Below are positions 60,635 through 64,000 of a stretch of 64,000 nucleotides of DNA, piece by piece (position 1 is the stretch's first letter; every line of letters starts with the position of its first letter). Location: the IMG/VR virus record IMGVR_UViG_3300037067_020960. One strand, 5' to 3'. The position numbers were made by a program, and so were the translations under genes. This stretch comes from an uncultured virus (IMG/VR IMGVR_UViG_3300037067_020960) (lineage: Duplodnaviria; Heunggongvirae; Uroviricota; Caudoviricetes). Below the pieces are notes generated by a model. It saw only the letters and a list, made by a program, of their open reading frames with translations, made no database searches and was not told the origin of the DNA.

Positions 60635-63600
60635 ATGCCAACTATAAGTCAAAGATTAGCACAATTCGGTTCATTCGATTTACGCCAAGTCGAAGATCCT
60701 TCTTGTCCGCCGCCACCACAACCAACAATGGCAGTCAGTTCTACTGCGTCCGGGATTGTGGCAATTACTTGGAATGCTCCTAATGCTGATACAATTCAAA
60801 TATATCGTTCTCCTGGAAATATTGTATACCAATCACATCCAGAAGTGGGAACTGCTCCGGCAACAGGCACATTCATTGATAAAACTTTAGACCCAAAGAT
60901 ATATTATACATATATCGTAAGGAGTTCAAATACGTGTGGCGAATCATGGTCAAGTGCTGCTACAATAAAACCTACTTGTGCTATACCACAGCCTTGTTCA
61001 TTAAGTATTACAGAAGGTCAAAATACAATTAGTGTAACATTTGATACCAAACCAAATGCTATATTATACAATCTTCATAGAAATGATGGTACAATAATTA
61101 AAATATCTGTTCCATCTGGAGTGCCAAGTTACAATTTTGTTGATACAAATGTTCTTCCAGGAATCACTTACACATATACATTAGAAGCAAATAATGAATG
61201 TGGTTCATCTTGGTCAAATGTTGTTACCGGAACAATCGAATGTGAATTACCGCCAAAAACTGTTCTCGATTTATCTGCTGATTATAAAGATATTACTGTT
61301 GCTTGGAATGAAGTAACTAATGTTACAAAATATAGATTGTATCGCTGGAAAGAATCAGAGCCAAAACTTTTAATTTCAGAATTCATTGCAGGAGATAATA
61401 CTTATTCATATAAAGATGAATCTCTTGATTCTGAAACTCAATATTATTATCAAATAGAATTGGTCAATGATTGTGGTTCAATTTTTTCGGATGCATTTAA
61501 TATTGCTATTAGTTGTGAAAACATTGAACGTCCTGAAATATTTTTAACTAGCGGAAATCAAAGTGCCACAATCGAATGGTTAGAAGTAGATGTAGCTACT
61601 GAATATCAAATTTGGAGAGACAATGAGGATGAATTAATATCAATTACAACAGGTGATACTAAATATATTGTAGATCCTACAGCTGCGCAAATTCGTTATA
61701 AATATATCGATGAGAATCTTGGTCCTGGTGAAACTTATTCGTATCGAGTGATTGCCAAAACTGATTGTAAATCAATTACTTCAAATGCAAAAAGTTTGAG
61801 AATTAAATGTGATACACCGAGTATTCCAGATAGTTTTAAAGCAGTATCATCAGTAGAAAAAGTTGTTTTATTATGGGGTCCAACAGAAAATGCTCTTGGA
61901 TACAAAATTTTTAGAAATGATGAATCAAGACCAATTGCTACAATTGTCAATACAAAATATATTGATACTTCTGTAACTCCGGGGATAGCATATAGTTATC
62001 AAGTAATTGCTTATAATGATTGCGGCGAATCTCAACCTACTGATAAAAAAATAGTTGCTGTAAAATGTGCATGTATGACTCCTCCGGCAAATGTTATGTT
62101 AACAAGAATGGAAAATACATTACGATTAAATTGGGATGTTGAACCTGCTGCTCTTTCATATGAAATTTTTAAAAATGGACTTTTATACAATGAAGTTAAA
62201 GAAGCTGAATTTACAGATTTGTATCTTGAAGGATCTGGGCTTGTATTTTATCAAGTTAGAGCAAAAAATGTATGTGAAATTACAAAATTATCGAAAATTG
62301 TTGAATATGGTGTTAAGTGTACTGAAATGATTGGGCAATTCAATCTTAGAATTGTTGGTAAAACTGATACATCTGCTACTTACGTATGGGATGAAATTCT
62401 TAATGCTACAAAATATATGATTAGAAAATATAACACAACGACTGGCACTTCTGAAGAAATTGAAGTTAAAGAATTAATGCAAACTAATATTTATTCAGAT
62501 TTTGAACTTCAAGAAAATTCTAATTATAAAATTACTGTTTACGCATTTAATGCTTGTGGAGATAAAATCCAATCTGAAGTTGTAGCAATCAGCACAAGTT
62601 GTAATATCCCACAATTTCCAATTGGTATGCAAGCTGTTTCAGTAACTCCTATAAATGTCAAATTGAGTTGGTCAAAATCTGAACGAGCCGAATCGTATAT
62701 TATATATAGAAATGGATATAAATATGATGAAGCTGATGGAACGTTCTTTAATGATAAAGAAGTGGAAGAAGCTCAAAAATATTTTTATGCTATTGCTGCT
62801 AAAAATGCATGTGGAGAAACTTCGAAAACTTCTACCCTTCAAGTATATGTCCCTTGTAATAAAACAAAGAAAACAGAAATTACAGAAATTATAGCAGCAA
62901 GAAATTCTATTTATTTAACTTGGACAGAAGAAACTACAGAAGAATATTGGTTATATAGAAATGGAAAAAGAATTGCTCGTCTCGAATTAAATGAATTTGA
63001 AGATGTTGGACTGCAGTCTGGTACTCAATTTGAATATCGTATTGCTACTGTAAATAAATGCCACGATACAGTATTATCAAAACCTAAAAAATCAATTACT
63101 TGTTATGATATTCAGGTTCCTTTAAATTTCGAAATCAATGAAATTACTCCAATTACAGCAAAATTAGAATTTCAAAGAGCTCATCTTGATGATATAATCG
63201 AAGTTTGGAGAAATGATTCTTTAATTGATACAATTACTACAGATGGGTATATGGATGATTCAGATTTAGTTCCAGGAGAAATTTATACTTATAGACTTGG
63301 AATTAAAAATAGTTGTGAAACAATTTATTCTAGCAATATTACTGTAACACTTCCATCTGGTCCAGAAGGTTCTATCAATTTAGTTGCTAATTATATTGGA
63401 TCTACTTATAATTGTCTTTCGTGGACAACTGAAGATTTAAAATTTGAAGAAGGATATATTGTTGAACGAGCTGAAAAAGATTTAAATACTAATTTTGCCG
63501 AAATAGCTAAAGTTCCTAAAACAACGAATTATTATAAAGATGAAGCGATTGCTGAAAATACTAATTATTTATATAGAGTTGCTCCCATTAATGCTTATGG

Positions 63601-64000
63601 CACAGGAAATTATTCAAATCAATTAAAAGCGAAAACAAAATTTCATACACCAATTGGTTTTTATACCAAATTAAAATCATCTACAGAAACAGAACTCAAT
63701 TGGATTAATTCATCTACTTTATACAAAAAAATTGAAATTCAAAGAAGTGATGGAGATATTGATCACTTTAGAACAATTTCTAACATAGATGGGACTTTGA
63801 TTACATATGTTGATTCAAACAATTTATTGCCTCAATCTAATTATTTTTATAGAATTCGTGGATTTACTGATGGATTAGAAGGTCAAAATATTTCTTATAT
63901 TCCTTATGAAAATACTTCATGTATGAATCAAATCCCAATGGCAACTCCCATTTCAGTTTGCGACACACAAAACACAGGAGATTTAATTGATATTCCTTAT
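60635..64000 (+). CDS. Large fibronectin type III repeat protein (partial, >1120 aa, at least 12 Fn3 domains)
   Basis: Absent from the ORF track (no stop). Repeats of W...Y.IYR...(F/Y).D..L.PG..Y.Y.V.A.NxCG; frame open at the window end. Confidence 0.88.
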   Translation, partial: MPTISQRLAQFGSFDLRQVEDPSCPPPPQPTMAVSSTASGIVAITWNAPNADTIQIYRSPGNIVYQSHPEVGTAPATGTFIDKTLDPKIYYTYIVRSSNTCGESWSSAATIKPTCAIPQPCSLSITEGQNTISVTFDTKPNAILYNLHRNDGTIIKISVPSGVPSYNFVDTNVLPGITYTYTLEANNECGSSWSNVVTGTIECELPPKTVLDLSADYKDITVAWNEVTNVTKYRLYRWKESEPKLLISEFIAGDNTYSYKDESLDSETQYYYQIELVNDCGSIFSDAFNIAISCENIERPEIFLTSGNQSATIEWLEVDVATEYQIWRDNEDELISITTGDTKYIVDPTAAQIRYKYIDENLGPGETYSYRVIAKTDCKSITSNAKSLRIKCDTPSIPDSFKAVSSVEKVVLLWGPTENALGYKIFRNDESRPIATIVNTKYIDTSVTPGIAYSYQVIAYNDCGESQPTDKKIVAVKCACMTPPANVMLTRMENTLRLNWDVEPAALSYEIFKNGLLYNEVKEAEFTDLYLEGSGLVFYQVRAKNVCEITKLSKIVEYGVKCTEMIGQFNLRIVGKTDTSATYVWDEILNATKYMIRKYNTTTGTSEEIEVKELMQTNIYSDFELQENSNYKITVYAFNACGDKIQSEVVAISTSCNIPQFPIGMQAVSVTPINVKLSWSKSERAESYIIYRNGYKYDEADGTFFNDKEVEEAQKYFYAIAAKNACGETSKTSTLQVYVPCNKTKKTEITEIIAARNSIYLTWTEETTEEYWLYRNGKRIARLELNEFEDVGLQSGTQFEYRIATVNKCHDTVLSKPKKSITCYDIQVPLNFEINEITPITAKLEFQRAHLDDIIEVWRNDSLIDTITTDGYMDDSDLVPGEIYTYRLGIKNSCETIYSSNITVTLPSGPEGSINLVANYIGSTYNCLSWTTEDLKFEEGYIVERAEKDLNTNFAEIAKVPKTTNYYKDEAIAENTNYLYRVAPINAYGTGNYSNQLKAKTKFHTPIGFYTKLKSSTETELNWINSSTLYKKIEIQRSDGDIDHFRTISNIDGTLITYVDSNNLLPQSNYFYRIRGFTDGLEGQNISYIPYENTSCMNQIPMATPISVCDTQNTGDLIDIPY

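Noticed and set aside
61735..62894. Short ORFs in the right-hand region
   Set aside because: Shadow frames within the Fn3 gene.
1..64000. Stop-codon reassignment
   Set aside because: Core genes are full length under code 11, and TAA, TGA and TAG all terminate genes; breaks are frameshifts, not in-frame stops.

Overview
Strongly AT-rich, gene-dense fragment of a large (probably jumbo) tailed phage genome. Baseplate-J and fibre genes point to a contractile tail, and the standard code (table 11) fits. Left to right: (1) a >1000-aa minus-strand virion-type protein running off the left edge; (2) a ~500-bp non-coding island of GC-rich hairpins, an AT tract and an alternating purine/pyrimidine tract at the coding-strand switch (candidate origin); (3) a replication/recombination operon: C-terminal half of a DnaE polymerase carrying an atypically split intein, RpoD-like sigma with a degenerate -35 helix, UvsY-like, gp32-like SSB, RecA, SbcD/SbcC, 5'-3' exonuclease; (4) head/baseplate/fibre genes interleaved with a paralogous 24-aa helical-repeat family, a class II ribonucleotide reductase, a TnpB remnant, and an IsrB+omegaRNA element inserted in codon 5 of a structural gene; (5) a minus-strand IbrA/IbrB + Hef/Mom-like operon facing a GT2-GT2-MTase-GT2 protein; (6) small accessory genes, several frameshifted; (7) a Cys-paired fibronectin-III repeat protein running off the right edge. 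All calls come from motif recognition by eye; no database searches were run.
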